DNA of 64,000 bases from Nannocystis sp. RBIL2 (GTDB taxonomy: Bacteria; Myxococcota_A; Polyangia; Nannocystales; Nannocystaceae): positions 972,311-1,036,310 of the forward strand of contig NZ_JAPNJW010000001.1 in the NCBI RefSeq assembly GCF_026626745.1. Reading direction: 5' to 3'. The first letter of the stretch is position 1. Every line of letters begins with the position of its first letter. The notes under the pieces were generated by a model. It was not told the origin of the DNA. It did not search any database and saw only the letters and a program-made list of their open reading frames with translations. Shown piece by piece: positions 31,702 through 42,642 of this stretch. A program made the translations under genes and the position numbers.

Positions 31702-33296
31702 ATGTTTACGCGCACCACGAATTCCTTCGCCACTGCCCTCGTCGTCGCCGCTCTCGCCGCCCCCGGCTGCGGCAAGCCCAAGGGCGAGACCACGCCGCCG
31801 ACCGACAACAAGCCGGTCGAGGGGCCCCCGGTCGCCGACAAGCCCGCGCGGGTCTACCAGGATCCGCCGCCGCCGACCGAGCCGCGTGAGGTCCAGTTCC
31901 CCGACCTGCAGAAGATCCAGACCAAGAACGGCCTCGAGATCTACGTCGTCGAGAACCACGAGGTCCCGCTCGTCACGGCCCAGCTCGTGATCAAGGCCGG
32001 CACCATGGACGACGAGCAGCTGGCCGAGATGACGGCCAACATGCTCGGCGAGGGCACCAAGACCCGCACCAAGGCCAAGATCGACGAGGAGATCGAGTTC
32101 GTCGGCGGCAGCCTCGGCGCCGGCGCCGGCGTCCACGACACCAGCGTGTACACGCAGGTGCTCAAGCGCGACGTCAAGCTGGCGCTGACGCTGATGGCCG
32201 ACGAGGTCATGAACCCGGCGTTCCCGCCGGCCGCCCTCGACAAGCTGAAGGAGAAGTCCAAGACCAACCTCAAGGCGATGAAGTCGAACTCCGACGTGCT
32301 CGCCGACCAGCTGTTCGACATGGCCGCCTACCCGTCGGGCCACCCGTACGGGCGCCCGCTGCCGACCGAGGCGCAGATCGACGCGGTCACCGTCGACGCG
32401 GTCAAGAAGTTCCACGACACCTTCTACCGCTCGAACAACAGCTACCTGATCCTCTCCGGCGACATCACCGTGCCCGAGGCGGAGAAGCTCGGCAACGAGG
32501 TGTTCGCCAAGTGGAAGCCGATCGAGGGCCAGGCCCCGGCCAACCCGCTGAACGGCTTCAAGGCCTACAAGCACCCGCCCAAGCTGATCGTCCACCTGGT
32601 CAATCGGCCAAATTCGGCCCAGTCCGACATCCGCGTCGGCAACCTCGCGCTCGCGCGCAAGAACCCCGACTGGATCAAGCTCGACCTCGCCTCGACATCC
32701 TCGGCGGCGGCTCGACCGGGCGTTTGTTCCTCGACGTGCGCGAGGAGAAGGGCCTCACCTACGGCATCTACACCAAGATGGAGCCGGGCGTCGCCCCGGG
32801 CACCTGGCGGATCTGGACCAAGACCAAGACCGCCACCACCGGCGAGATGCTCAAGGCCATCTTCGGCCACATCACGAAGATGCGCGACACCGAGGTCACG
32901 ACCAAGGAGTTCGAGGACGTCACGCGTGAGGCGATCGGCAGCTTCCCGTTGAGCATCGAGACCGCCGACCAGGTCGCCGGCCGCGTGCGCACGATCCTCA
33001 CCTACGGCCTGCCGAGCGACTACTACAAGACCTACCGCGACGAGGTCCGCAAGGCCCAGATCGCCGACATGAAGACCATGGCGCGCAAGTTCATGAACGA
33101 CGTGCCGGTCGTGATCGTCGTCGGCCGCGCCGACAAGGCCGAGTCGCAGATCAAGGACGCGCTGCCCGACGCCACGATCGTCCACTACGACACCGACCTC
33201 AAGTGCCTCGAGAAGGACACCACCTTCTGCGCCGCCAACAACGCCCTCGCGGCCGCAGGTGCCGCGCCGGCGCCCGCGCCCGCCCCGGCCAAGTAA
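31702..33296 (+). pseudogene. M16 family peptidase (second, probably non-catalytic subunit) carrying a frameshift at ~32695
   Basis: The N-terminal 330 aa are in the frame of ORF 31702..32952. The conserved M16 C-terminal motif LDILGGGSTGRLFLDVREEKGLTYGIY continues in the frame of ORF 32511..33296. One nucleotide is missing between codons LDLAS and ILGGG (32695-32697). This is either a pseudogene or a sequencing error. Confidence 0.5.
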
Positions 33297-33324
33297 TCGA
33301 CCGCCGCGGCGGCTCGTGATACCC

Positions 33325-33362
33325 CAAAGGGGGCCCCGCGGAAGCGCGAGGCCCCCTTCGCG
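33325..33362 (+). terminator. Hairpin downstream of the M16 gene
   Basis: AAGGGGGCC-N14-GGCCCCCTT; no clear U tract. Confidence 0.3.
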
Positions 33363-33480
33363 CGTACGGGGCTCGCTCGCGCCTCGCGCGGCCCGAGCTG
33401 CTTCGACGGCCCTCCGGGACTAAATCGGGCCCTCTCGGGTACTCCCCTCTCACGGCCCCCTCTCGCCAGGAGAAATCATC

Positions 33481-35340
<1,860 letters not shown>

Positions 35341-35416
35341 CCGCGCGACCCAACTTCGCCGCGGCGATCACTCGCCGCGTCCCTCGACTGCGAGTGATTG
35401 CCGCGAGCGCCGACGG

Positions 35417-36025
35417 TCACCGACGCGCCGGCCGCTCCATCCGCCAGAACCGCACCCCGCCGAGATTCGTCAGGTCGTGCTCGCCGACGACCTCGTAGCC
35501 GTGGCGCATGTACAGGCGCTTGGCCGGCTCGCGGTCGGTCTCGAGGTAGCACGGCAGTCTGGCTGCGTCGGCGCGGGCCGACAGCGCGCGCAGCAGCGCC
35601 GAGCCGAGCTGGCGCCCTTGCAGCTCCGGCTCGACCCCCAGCACCGCGAGGAAGAAGTGCGGCGCGCGCGGGTGGTGCGTGCGCAGGAACTCGTCGAGCC
35701 GCAGCAGCCGGACCAGCGAGCGCGGGCCGGTGCTGAGGCCCGCGAGGTACATCGGCAGCAGCGCTCGCCCGCGCGGCTTCTGATCTGGCCCATAGGACAG
35801 GCTCGCCGCCGCCACCTTGCCGCCCGCGCGGACCACCTCGACAGTGCCGCTCGCCAGCGCCATCCCGGACAGCCCGCCCATCAATCGGGTCGCCCGCCCC
35901 AGCCGCCGCGGGCGCTCCTCGCCGAGCGTGGCGACCATCCCGGGGTTGTCGCAGAACGCCCGCCCGAGCAGCCCGCGCAGCTCCCCTGCTGCCCCGGCGA
36001 ACCGCTCGACTCGCGGCTCGCTCAC
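35417..36025 (-). CDS. GNAT family N-acetyltransferase
   Basis: C-terminal GNAT motifs ([33 protein letters not shown]). The GTG start at 36025 overlaps the moaC stop (GTGA), consistent with translational coupling. Confidence 0.65.
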   Translation of the reverse strand: MSEPRVERFAGAAGELRGLLGRAFCDNPGMVATLGEERPRRLGRATRLMGGLSGMALASGTVEVVRAGGKVAAASLSYGPDQKPRGRALLPMYLAGLSTGPRSLVRLLRLDEFLRTHHPRAPHFFLAVLGVEPELQGRQLGSALLRALSARADAARLPCYLETDREPAKRLYMRHGYEVVGEHDLTNLGGVRFWRMERPARR

Positions 36026-36510
36026 GGTGCGCCCCCGCGGGTCCACACGCCCGACTTCCCGCCTGACTTTTCGACCAGGTAGACCGACTCGATCGCCATC
36101 GCCCGGTCGATCGCCTTGCACATGTCGTAGATAGTCAGCGCCGCAGCGGCCGCCGCAGTCATCGCCTCCATCTCCGGGCCGGTGCGGTCGACGGCGCTGA
36201 CGCGGACGGTGGCGCGGACGCCGGGGAGGTCGGGCTCGAGCACGAACTCGACGTCGATCCCGGTCAGCCGCACCGGGTGGCACAGCGGGATGAGCTGCGG
36301 CGTCTGCTTCGCGCCCGCGATCGCGGCCAGGCGGGCCACCGCCAGCACGTCGCCCTTGCCGATCTGGCCCTCGCGGATCCGCTCGAGCGTGGCCGGGGCC
36401 ATGCGCACGCGGGCCTCCGCCACCGCGGCGCGCGCCGTCTCGGGCTTGTCGGTCACGGCGACCATGCGCGCCGCCCCGGAGGGGTCGAAGTGGGTCAGGG
36501 GCTCGGCCAT
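36022..36510 (-). CDS. moaC: Cyclic pyranopterin monophosphate synthase MoaC
   Basis: MoaC signature ([53 protein letters not shown]). Confidence 0.9.
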   Translation of the reverse strand: MAEPLTHFDPSGAARMVAVTDKPETARAAVAEARVRMAPATLERIREGQIGKGDVLAVARLAAIAGAKQTPQLIPLCHPVRLTGIDVEFVLEPDLPGVRATVRVSAVDRTGPEMEAMTAAAAAALTIYDMCKAIDRAMAIESVYLVEKSGGKSGVWTRGGAP

Positions 36511-36706
36511 GGCCGAGGCTAGCGCCCGCCGAGGCGAGGTCGTGCGCCCGTGGGCCCGCTCAAGCTCACACGCCTGCGGCTGGGCGCCGCGTGGCCCGAT
36601 TTGCCGGATCCCGCGAGGAAACGGCTAGAGCCGCGAACGACCTCGTGATATCTCTCGGGCCGGCTGCCGCGGCCTCGCCAGGTCCGCCTTGCACGCCTTC
36701 AAAGCT

Positions 36707-38305
36707 ATGAAGATCGGCATTCCGAAGGAGATCTACCCGGGCGAGCGCCGGGTGGCTGCCACCCCTGACACCGCCAAGCGCCTGCAGAGCCAGGGCTTCT
36801 CCGTGGTGGTCGAGTCTGGCGCGGGCGCGGCCGCCGAGTTCGGCGACGACGCCTACGCCAGCGTCGGTTGCGGGATCGCGGCCGATGCCGAAGGTCTTTG
36901 GGGACAGGTCGACATCGTCCTCAAGGTCCGCGCGCCGAGCAGCTTCGAGGCCGACCTCGCGCGCGAGGGCCAGGTGCTCATCAGCTTCATCTGGCCGGCG
37001 CAGAACCCCGACCTGGTCGAGCGCCTGCGCAGCCGCGGCGTCACAGTGCTCGGCATGGACGCGGTGCCGCGGATCTCCCGCGCGCAGAAGCTCGACGCCC
37101 TGTCGTCGATGGGCAACATCTCCGGTTACCGCGCCGTCATCGAGGCCGCCAACGTGTTCGGCCGCTTCTTCACCGGCCAGATCACCGCCGCCGGCAAGGT
37201 CCTGCCGGCCAAGCTGCTGGTCATCGGCGCCGGCGTGGCCGGCCTCGCCGTCATCGGCGTCGGCCGCGGCCTCGGTGCGATCGTCCGCGCCTTCGACACC
37301 CGCCCCGTCGTCAAGGAGCAGGTCGAGAGCATGGGCGCCGAGTTCCTCGAGCTCGACTTCCAGGAGGACGGCACCGGCATCGGCGGCTACGCCAAGGAGA
37401 TGAGCCCGGCCTTCATCGCCGCCGAGATGGACCTGTTCCGCCGCCAGGCGGAGGAGGTCGACATCATCGTCACGACCGCGCTGATCCCCGGCAAGCCGGC
37501 GCCCAAGCTGATCCTGCGCGACATGGTCGAGCGCATGAAGCCCGGCTCGGTCATCGTCGACCTGGCCGCCGAGACAGGTGGCAACTGCGAGCTGACCTCG
37601 CCCGGCGAGAAGGTCGTCCACGGCGGCGTCACCATCATCGGCTACACCGACCTGCCGAGCCGCATGGCCGCGCAGTCGAGCCAGCTCTACGGCACCAACC
37701 TGTGCCACCTGCTCGACGACATGGGCAAGGCCGCGGGCTTCCGCATCGACGAGAACGACGAGGTCGTGCGCGGCTGCCTCATCACCCACCAGGGCGAGAT
37801 CAAGTGGCCCCCGCCGCGGCCCGCCGCGCCCGCGCAGGCGCCCGCCCCTGCCGCGGCCGCGCCCAAGCCCGCCGCGCCGGTCGCCGCCGCCCCCGAGCCG
37901 CCGCGCCCCTCGTCGCCGCCGCCGAAGAGCCACGGCCACGGTCACGGACCGCCGGCGGGCGAGTCGAGCCCGTGGCCGCTGGTGCTCGCCGGCCTCGCGC
38001 TGGTCGGCATCGGCCTCGGCGTCGACGACAAGTCGAGCTTCCTCAGCCACTTCACCGTGTTCGTGCTGGCCTGCTTCATCGGCTACCAGGTCGTCTGGAG
38101 CGTCTCGCCGGCGCTGCACACCCCGCTGATGAGCGTCACCAACGCGATCAGCGGCATCATCATCATCGGCGGCATGTTGCAGATCTCGGGCGCCCCGACC
38201 TCGGCGGCGACCCTGCTCGGCGCGGCCGCCATCTTGCTGGCGATGATCAACGTCGCCGGCGGCTTCCTCGTCACCCAGCGCATGCTGAAGATGTTCCGCA
38301 AGTAA
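36707..38305 (+). CDS. pntA: NAD(P) transhydrogenase alpha subunit (fused dI plus TM dII part)
   Basis: ATG at 36707 (MKIGIPKEIYPGERRVAATP); Rossmann GAGVAGLAAIG; Pro/Ala linker; C-terminal TM helices. Confidence 0.9.
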   Translation: MKIGIPKEIYPGERRVAATPDTAKRLQSQGFSVVVESGAGAAAEFGDDAYASVGCGIAADAEGLWGQVDIVLKVRAPSSFEADLAREGQVLISFIWPAQNPDLVERLRSRGVTVLGMDAVPRISRAQKLDALSSMGNISGYRAVIEAANVFGRFFTGQITAAGKVLPAKLLVIGAGVAGLAVIGVGRGLGAIVRAFDTRPVVKEQVESMGAEFLELDFQEDGTGIGGYAKEMSPAFIAAEMDLFRRQAEEVDIIVTTALIPGKPAPKLILRDMVERMKPGSVIVDLAAETGGNCELTSPGEKVVHGGVTIIGYTDLPSRMAAQSSQLYGTNLCHLLDDMGKAAGFRIDENDEVVRGCLITHQGEIKWPPPRPAAPAQAPAPAAAAPKPAAPVAAAPEPPRPSSPPPKSHGHGHGPPAGESSPWPLVLAGLALVGIGLGVDDKSSFLSHFTVFVLACFIGYQVVWSVSPALHTPLMSVTNAISGIIIIGGMLQISGAPTSAATLLGAAAILLAMINVAGGFLVTQRMLKMFRK

Positions 38306-38323
38306 GCGGCGGGGACCACCACG

Positions 38324-39736
38324 ATGTCGTACAGCCTCCTCACCGTCATCTACATCGCCGCCAGCGCGCTGTTCATCCTCAGCCTCGGCGGCCTCTCGCG
38401 CCAGGACACCGCCCGCCGCGGCAACCTCTACGGCATCATCGGCATGCTGCTCGCGGTCGTCGCCACCGCCATCGGCATGAACGCCGACAAGCTGATGAAC
38501 ATCAGCGGCAGCGGCTTCGCCATCCTCGCCGCCGCCATCGTCCCCGGCGCGCTGATCGGCGCCGTCCTGGCCGCGCGCGTGGCCATGACTGCGATGCCCG
38601 AGCTCGTCGCGGTGCTGCACAGCTTCGTCGGCGCCGCCGCGGTGCTGGTCGGCCTGTCGTCGTACCTCGGCGCCACCAGCCACGCCGACACGGTCCACAA
38701 CGTCGAGGTCTACATCGGCGTGTTCATCGGCGCGATCACCTTCACCGGCTCGATCATCGCCTTCCTCAAGCTGCGCGGCAGCATCGGCGGCAGGCCGCTG
38801 ACCCTGCCCGGCCGCCACCTGCTCAACCTGGCGATGGTGCTCGGCTGCTTGTTCCTCGGCTGGCAGTTCCTGGCCGACCCGCACCACGGCCTCACCCCGC
38901 TGCTCATCATGACCGGCATCGCCAGCGTCATCGGCGTGCACATGGTCATGGCCATCGGCGGCGCCGACATGCCCGTCGTGGTGTCGATGCTCAACAGCTA
39001 CTCCGGCTGGGCCGCCGCGGCCGCCGGCTTCATGCTGAGCAACGACCTCCTGATCGTCACCGGCGCGCTGGTCGGCAGCAGCGGCGCGATCCTCTCGTAC
39101 ATCATGTGCCGGGCGATGAACCGCTCGTTCCTCAGCGTCATCGCCGGCGGCTTCGGCTCCGACGGCGGCGCCCCGGCGCCGAAGGGCGCGGCGGCCCAGC
39201 CGGTCGGCGAGTGCCGCGAGATCGACCTCGACGGCACCGTCGAGCTGATGCGCTCCGCTCGCAACATCATGGTCGTCCCCGGCTACGGCATGGCGGTCGC
39301 GCAGGCGCAGCACCCGGTCGCCGAGATCGCCAAGATCCTGCGCAAGGCCGGCGCCAACTTCCGCTTCGCCATCCACCCGGTCGCGGGCCGCCTGCCCGGC
39401 CACATGAACGTGCTGCTGGCCGAGGCCAACGTGCCCTACGACATCGTCCTCGAGATGGACGAGATCAACCACGACTGCCCGAACACCGACCTCGTGCTGG
39501 TCATCGGCGCCAACGACATCGTCAACCCCGGCGCCCAGGACGACCCCTCCAGCCCGATCGCCGGCATGCCCGTGATCGAGGTGTGGAAGGCCAAGACGGT
39601 GATCGTCATGAAGCGCGGCAAGGGCGTCGGCTACGCCGGCGTCGACAACCCGCTCTTCTACAAAGAGAACACCCGCATGCTCTACGGCGACGCCAAGAAG
39701 AACGTCGACGCCCTGCTCGGCAAGCTCCGCGGCTGA
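38324..39736 (+). CDS. pntB: NAD(P) transhydrogenase beta subunit
   Basis: Multi-TM N-terminus plus dIII NADP-binding domain ([26 protein letters not shown]). Confidence 0.9.
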   Translation: MSYSLLTVIYIAASALFILSLGGLSRQDTARRGNLYGIIGMLLAVVATAIGMNADKLMNISGSGFAILAAAIVPGALIGAVLAARVAMTAMPELVAVLHSFVGAAAVLVGLSSYLGATSHADTVHNVEVYIGVFIGAITFTGSIIAFLKLRGSIGGRPLTLPGRHLLNLAMVLGCLFLGWQFLADPHHGLTPLLIMTGIASVIGVHMVMAIGGADMPVVVSMLNSYSGWAAAAAGFMLSNDLLIVTGALVGSSGAILSYIMCRAMNRSFLSVIAGGFGSDGGAPAPKGAAAQPVGECREIDLDGTVELMRSARNIMVVPGYGMAVAQAQHPVAEIAKILRKAGANFRFAIHPVAGRLPGHMNVLLAEANVPYDIVLEMDEINHDCPNTDLVLVIGANDIVNPGAQDDPSSPIAGMPVIEVWKAKTVIVMKRGKGVGYAGVDNPLFYKENTRMLYGDAKKNVDALLGKLRG

Positions 39737-39789
39737 GCCCTGGCCGCCCCGCCAAGCCCGCCCCCTCGCTCGAGGCGGCGGGCTTTGTC

Positions 39790-39870
39790 GCGCTCCGCCA
39801 TTGAAATAAAAGCCTGTATGGTATCTCTAATCTCGTTGCAAGCGCTGTAAAAGCACACATAATATCCCTT
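39790..39870 (+). promoter_or_regulatory. AT-rich promoter/operator region upstream of hipBA
   Basis: ccattgaaataaaagcctgtatggtatctctaatctcgttgcaagcgctgtaaaagcacacataatatccc is roughly 35% GC in a ~72% GC genome; contains TATC/ATATCC half-site-like motifs. Confidence 0.4.
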
Positions 39871-40164
39871 GTGCTGTTCACCGCCGAGGAGGTCGCCCAG
39901 GGCCTGGCCGGGCGCATGAAGGCGCTGCGACTGGCCCGCGACTGGAAGCGCGAGACGCTGGCCGAGCGAGCCGGCATCAGCGCCGGCACCGTCAAGCGGT
40001 TCGAGACGACCGGCCAGATCGCGCTCGACAACCTGCTCAAGCTGGCGCTCGCGCTCGGCTGCCTCGAGCAGTTCGAGGCGGTGTTCGCCCCGCCGCCGGC
40101 GCGCTCGCTGGCCGAGCTCGAGCAGCGCGGCCAGGCGCCCGCGCGTCAGCGAGGCCGGCGATGA
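39871..40164 (+). CDS. hipB: HTH XRE-family antitoxin HipB
   Basis: GTG start; HTH (LRLARDWKRETLAERAGISAGTVKRFE); overlaps hipA by ATGA. Confidence 0.7.
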   Translation: MLFTAEEVAQGLAGRMKALRLARDWKRETLAERAGISAGTVKRFETTGQIALDNLLKLALALGCLEQFEAVFAPPPARSLAELEQRGQAPARQRGRR

Positions 40165-41438
40165 ACCCTGCGACCCGCAAGCTCGAGGTCCGGCTCGTGC
40201 GCGCCGCCGACGAGCGCGAGGTCGTCGGCCACCTCCTGCTGCACGAGCGGTCGATCTACTTCGAGTACGCGCCGACCTGGCTGACTCGCGGTCCCTCGAT
40301 CTCGCCGCTCAAGCTGGCCCTTCAGCCAGGCATCTTCAAGGCTCCCGCCGCACGCCTGCACGGGGTGTTCGCCGACGCCTTACCCGACGGCTGGGGCCTC
40401 CTGCTGATGGACCGGCTGTTCCGCAAGCGCGGCCTCGTGCCCGATCAGCTCTCGCCGCTCGATCGCCTGGCGCACCTCGGCGCGCGCACCATGGGCGCCC
40501 TGACCTTTCACCCGTGCACCGACGCGGAGCCCGTCGAGGACCGATCGATCGCCCTCGACAAGCTGGCAGCCGCCGCCGAGGACGTCTACCGCGGTCACCC
40601 GTCGGAGCTGTTGCCGGTGCTGCAGCACGCCGGCGGCTCGCCAGGCGGCGCGCGCCCGAAGGTGCTGGTAGCAGTCCGCGGGGACAGCATGGTCTATGGG
40701 ACAGCCGTGCCGCCGCCGGATCACGAGCCGTGGCTGATCAAATTCTGGGCCGGCGACGAGCAGCGCGACGCCGGGGCGATCGAGCACGTCTACGCCCGCC
40801 TCGCGCGCCACGCCGGGCTCGAGGTGCCCGATACGCGGCTGTTCGTGGCCAGCAGCGGCCAGCGCTACTTCGGCGTGCGCCGGTTCGACCGCGACGAGGC
40901 CGGCGCGCGCACCCACGTCCACACCCTCGCCGGCCTGCTCGACGCCGACTTCCGCGAGCCGAACCTCGACTACGACATGCTGCTGCGCGTCACCATGCAC
41001 CTCACGCGCGCGCAGCCCGACGTGCGCCGGGCCTTCCGGCAGATGGTGTTCAACGTGCTCGCGCACAACCGCGACGACCACGGCAAGAACTTCTCCTTCC
41101 TCATGGACCGCGAGGGCGGCTGGCGATTGTCGCCCGCCTACGACCTCAACTTCGTCGCCGGTCCCGGCGGAGAGCACACGATGACGCTCGACGGCGAGGG
41201 CCGGCGCCCGACCTGGCAGCACATGCTGCGCCTGGCCCGTCGCGCCTCGATCGACGAGAAGACCGCGCGAGCGATCGTCGACGAGGTGCGGACCGCTCTC
41301 GCGCGCTGGCCTCGCGAGGCGCGGGCGGTCGATGTCGCCCCTGCCACCATCAGCGACATCGGCCGCCGGCTCGACGCAGTCACGGCCGACGCGGAGCTGC
41401 CCGGCAGCGGCGCCGCCCGGCGACCCCGGCGCCGCTGA
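40161..41438 (+). CDS. hipA: HipA-family Ser/Thr kinase toxin (type II TA)
   Basis: HipA N-terminal and C-terminal domains; catalytic region VLAHNRDDHGKNFSFL; 425 aa. Confidence 0.85.
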   Translation: MNPATRKLEVRLVRAADEREVVGHLLLHERSIYFEYAPTWLTRGPSISPLKLALQPGIFKAPAARLHGVFADALPDGWGLLLMDRLFRKRGLVPDQLSPLDRLAHLGARTMGALTFHPCTDAEPVEDRSIALDKLAAAAEDVYRGHPSELLPVLQHAGGSPGGARPKVLVAVRGDSMVYGTAVPPPDHEPWLIKFWAGDEQRDAGAIEHVYARLARHAGLEVPDTRLFVASSGQRYFGVRRFDRDEAGARTHVHTLAGLLDADFREPNLDYDMLLRVTMHLTRAQPDVRRAFRQMVFNVLAHNRDDHGKNFSFLMDREGGWRLSPAYDLNFVAGPGGEHTMTLDGEGRRPTWQHMLRLARRASIDEKTARAIVDEVRTALARWPREARAVDVAPATISDIGRRLDAVTADAELPGSGAARRPRRR

Positions 41439-41581
41439 ATTCGGCGCCCGCAAGCGCTCCCCGCCTCCGAGATGTCTCGAAGGACACCTTCTTGTCACCT
41501 GTCCTCCGGGACAGGCCCGCCAGCGCGCGGTTCCGGCAATCGTCCCCGCCCGCCGGGAGTCCGATACCGAGGGTCTCCACG

Positions 41582-41956
41582 ATGCGCCGCGGCGTCGCCG
41601 CGGCATACTCCCTCGACATGACCTCCTCCTCGCCCATGCCGTCGTCCGCCCTCGCCACCGCGCCGTGCTCGATCTGCCACGGTCGGGAGTTCTTCTTCCT
41701 CTCGCCATGGCGCAGCCTCGAGCACGGCGTCAACGGCTGGTACGCCCAGCCCGTGCAGACCTGCGCCCACGTCCCGGAGCGCGGCTTCCTCAGCCGGCCC
41801 TCGGAGTCGGACGTTCTGCGCGCGCCGATGGCACTGCGCGTGTGCGCCGGTTGTGGCGCCTCCATCCCCTACACCGACCCGGCCGCAGTCCGGGCGATGC
41901 TGGCGGCCGGTCAGCCGGGTGTCTCTCATGCGGGCGGCGAGCCTGGCCGGCGATGA
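41582..41956 (+). CDS. Hypothetical small Cys-rich (zinc-ribbon-like) protein
   Basis: High GC3 and native codon usage. CxxC pairs (CSICHG ... CAHV ... CAGCG). Located between hipA and HxlR; the start is uncertain (41582 or 41618). Confidence 0.4.
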   Translation: MRRGVAAAYSLDMTSSSPMPSSALATAPCSICHGREFFFLSPWRSLEHGVNGWYAQPVQTCAHVPERGFLSRPSESDVLRAPMALRVCAGCGASIPYTDPAAVRAMLAAGQPGVSHAGGEPGRR

Positions 41957-42019
41957 CAGCGCGCCTGTCGCCGTGAGCCGGGACGCTGGACCGGCTTCAT
42001 CCGGCTCGCGGCCTGGGTT

Positions 42020-42409
42020 ATGAAAGGGAACCGAGTCCGCGACATGCATCAGCAAGAGACCTGTGTGGCGGTGCGCGACGTCCTGAGCCGCGTCGGCGAC
42101 AAGTGGAGCGTCCTCGTGGTCAGCATGCTGAGCGACCGACCGCTGCGCTTCAACGAGCTGCGGCGGTCGATCGAGGGCATCTCGCAGCGCATGCTGACGC
42201 TGACGCTCCGCGGCCTCGAGCGCGACGGCCTGGTCACCCGCACCGTCACCCCTTCCGTCCCGCCGCGCGTCGACTACGAGCTGACCGAGCTCGGCCGCAC
42301 CCTGCTCGACCCGGTCCAAGCCCTCGCCGCCTGGGCCGGCGACCACCGCGGCGAGATCGCCCGCGCCCGCGAGCGCTTCGACCGCAAGGACCCGCCCCGG
42401 CAAGATTGA
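42020..42409 (+). CDS. HxlR family transcriptional regulator
   Basis: [27 protein letters not shown]...[15 protein letters not shown] signature. Confidence 0.8.
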   Translation: MKGNRVRDMHQQETCVAVRDVLSRVGDKWSVLVVSMLSDRPLRFNELRRSIEGISQRMLTLTLRGLERDGLVTRTVTPSVPPRVDYELTELGRTLLDPVQALAAWAGDHRGEIARARERFDRKDPPRQD

Positions 42410-42419
42410 CTTGATAGCG

Positions 42420-42492
42420 AGTGTCCAAATGGACATGTTTGAATCAGCATGTCCATCCGGACATTTCTGAAAGGACATGTCCCGATCCGCAG
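42420..42492. repeat. GGACATGTCC-family 14-bp phased array (4-5 units) downstream of HxlR
   Basis: CATG at 42434, 42448, (CATT 42462), 42476; ATGTCCatccGGACAT; AT-rich spacers. Confidence 0.85.
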
Positions 42493-42642
42493 ATAACTCG
42501 AAGGTGCCGGACGTCGCCAGACTGGCCTTCCCCTGCGCCCTCGCTCGCCCGTTCGACGACACCATCCCGGGCCCTTCTCACCGCGCCGCCGCTCCCGTAC
42601 GGGCCGCGGCGCCGGACCTCGGCCGTCTCCGCGGCCCTCCTC

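Noticed and set aside
33297-33480. glmS ribozyme in the glmS leader
   Set aside because: The leader lacks the conserved glmS ribozyme core, and the ribozyme is restricted mainly to Firmicutes. Only a GC hairpin and a CCCTC-periodic stretch are visible.
36566-39472. 968-aa minus-strand ORF
   Set aside because: Antisense to pntA/pntB; Gly/Ala/Arg/Asp-rich.
41495-42565. 356-aa minus-strand ORF overlapping the zinc-ribbon ORF and HxlR
   Set aside because: Arg/Gly/Ala junk composition, antisense to HxlR with its clear family signature.
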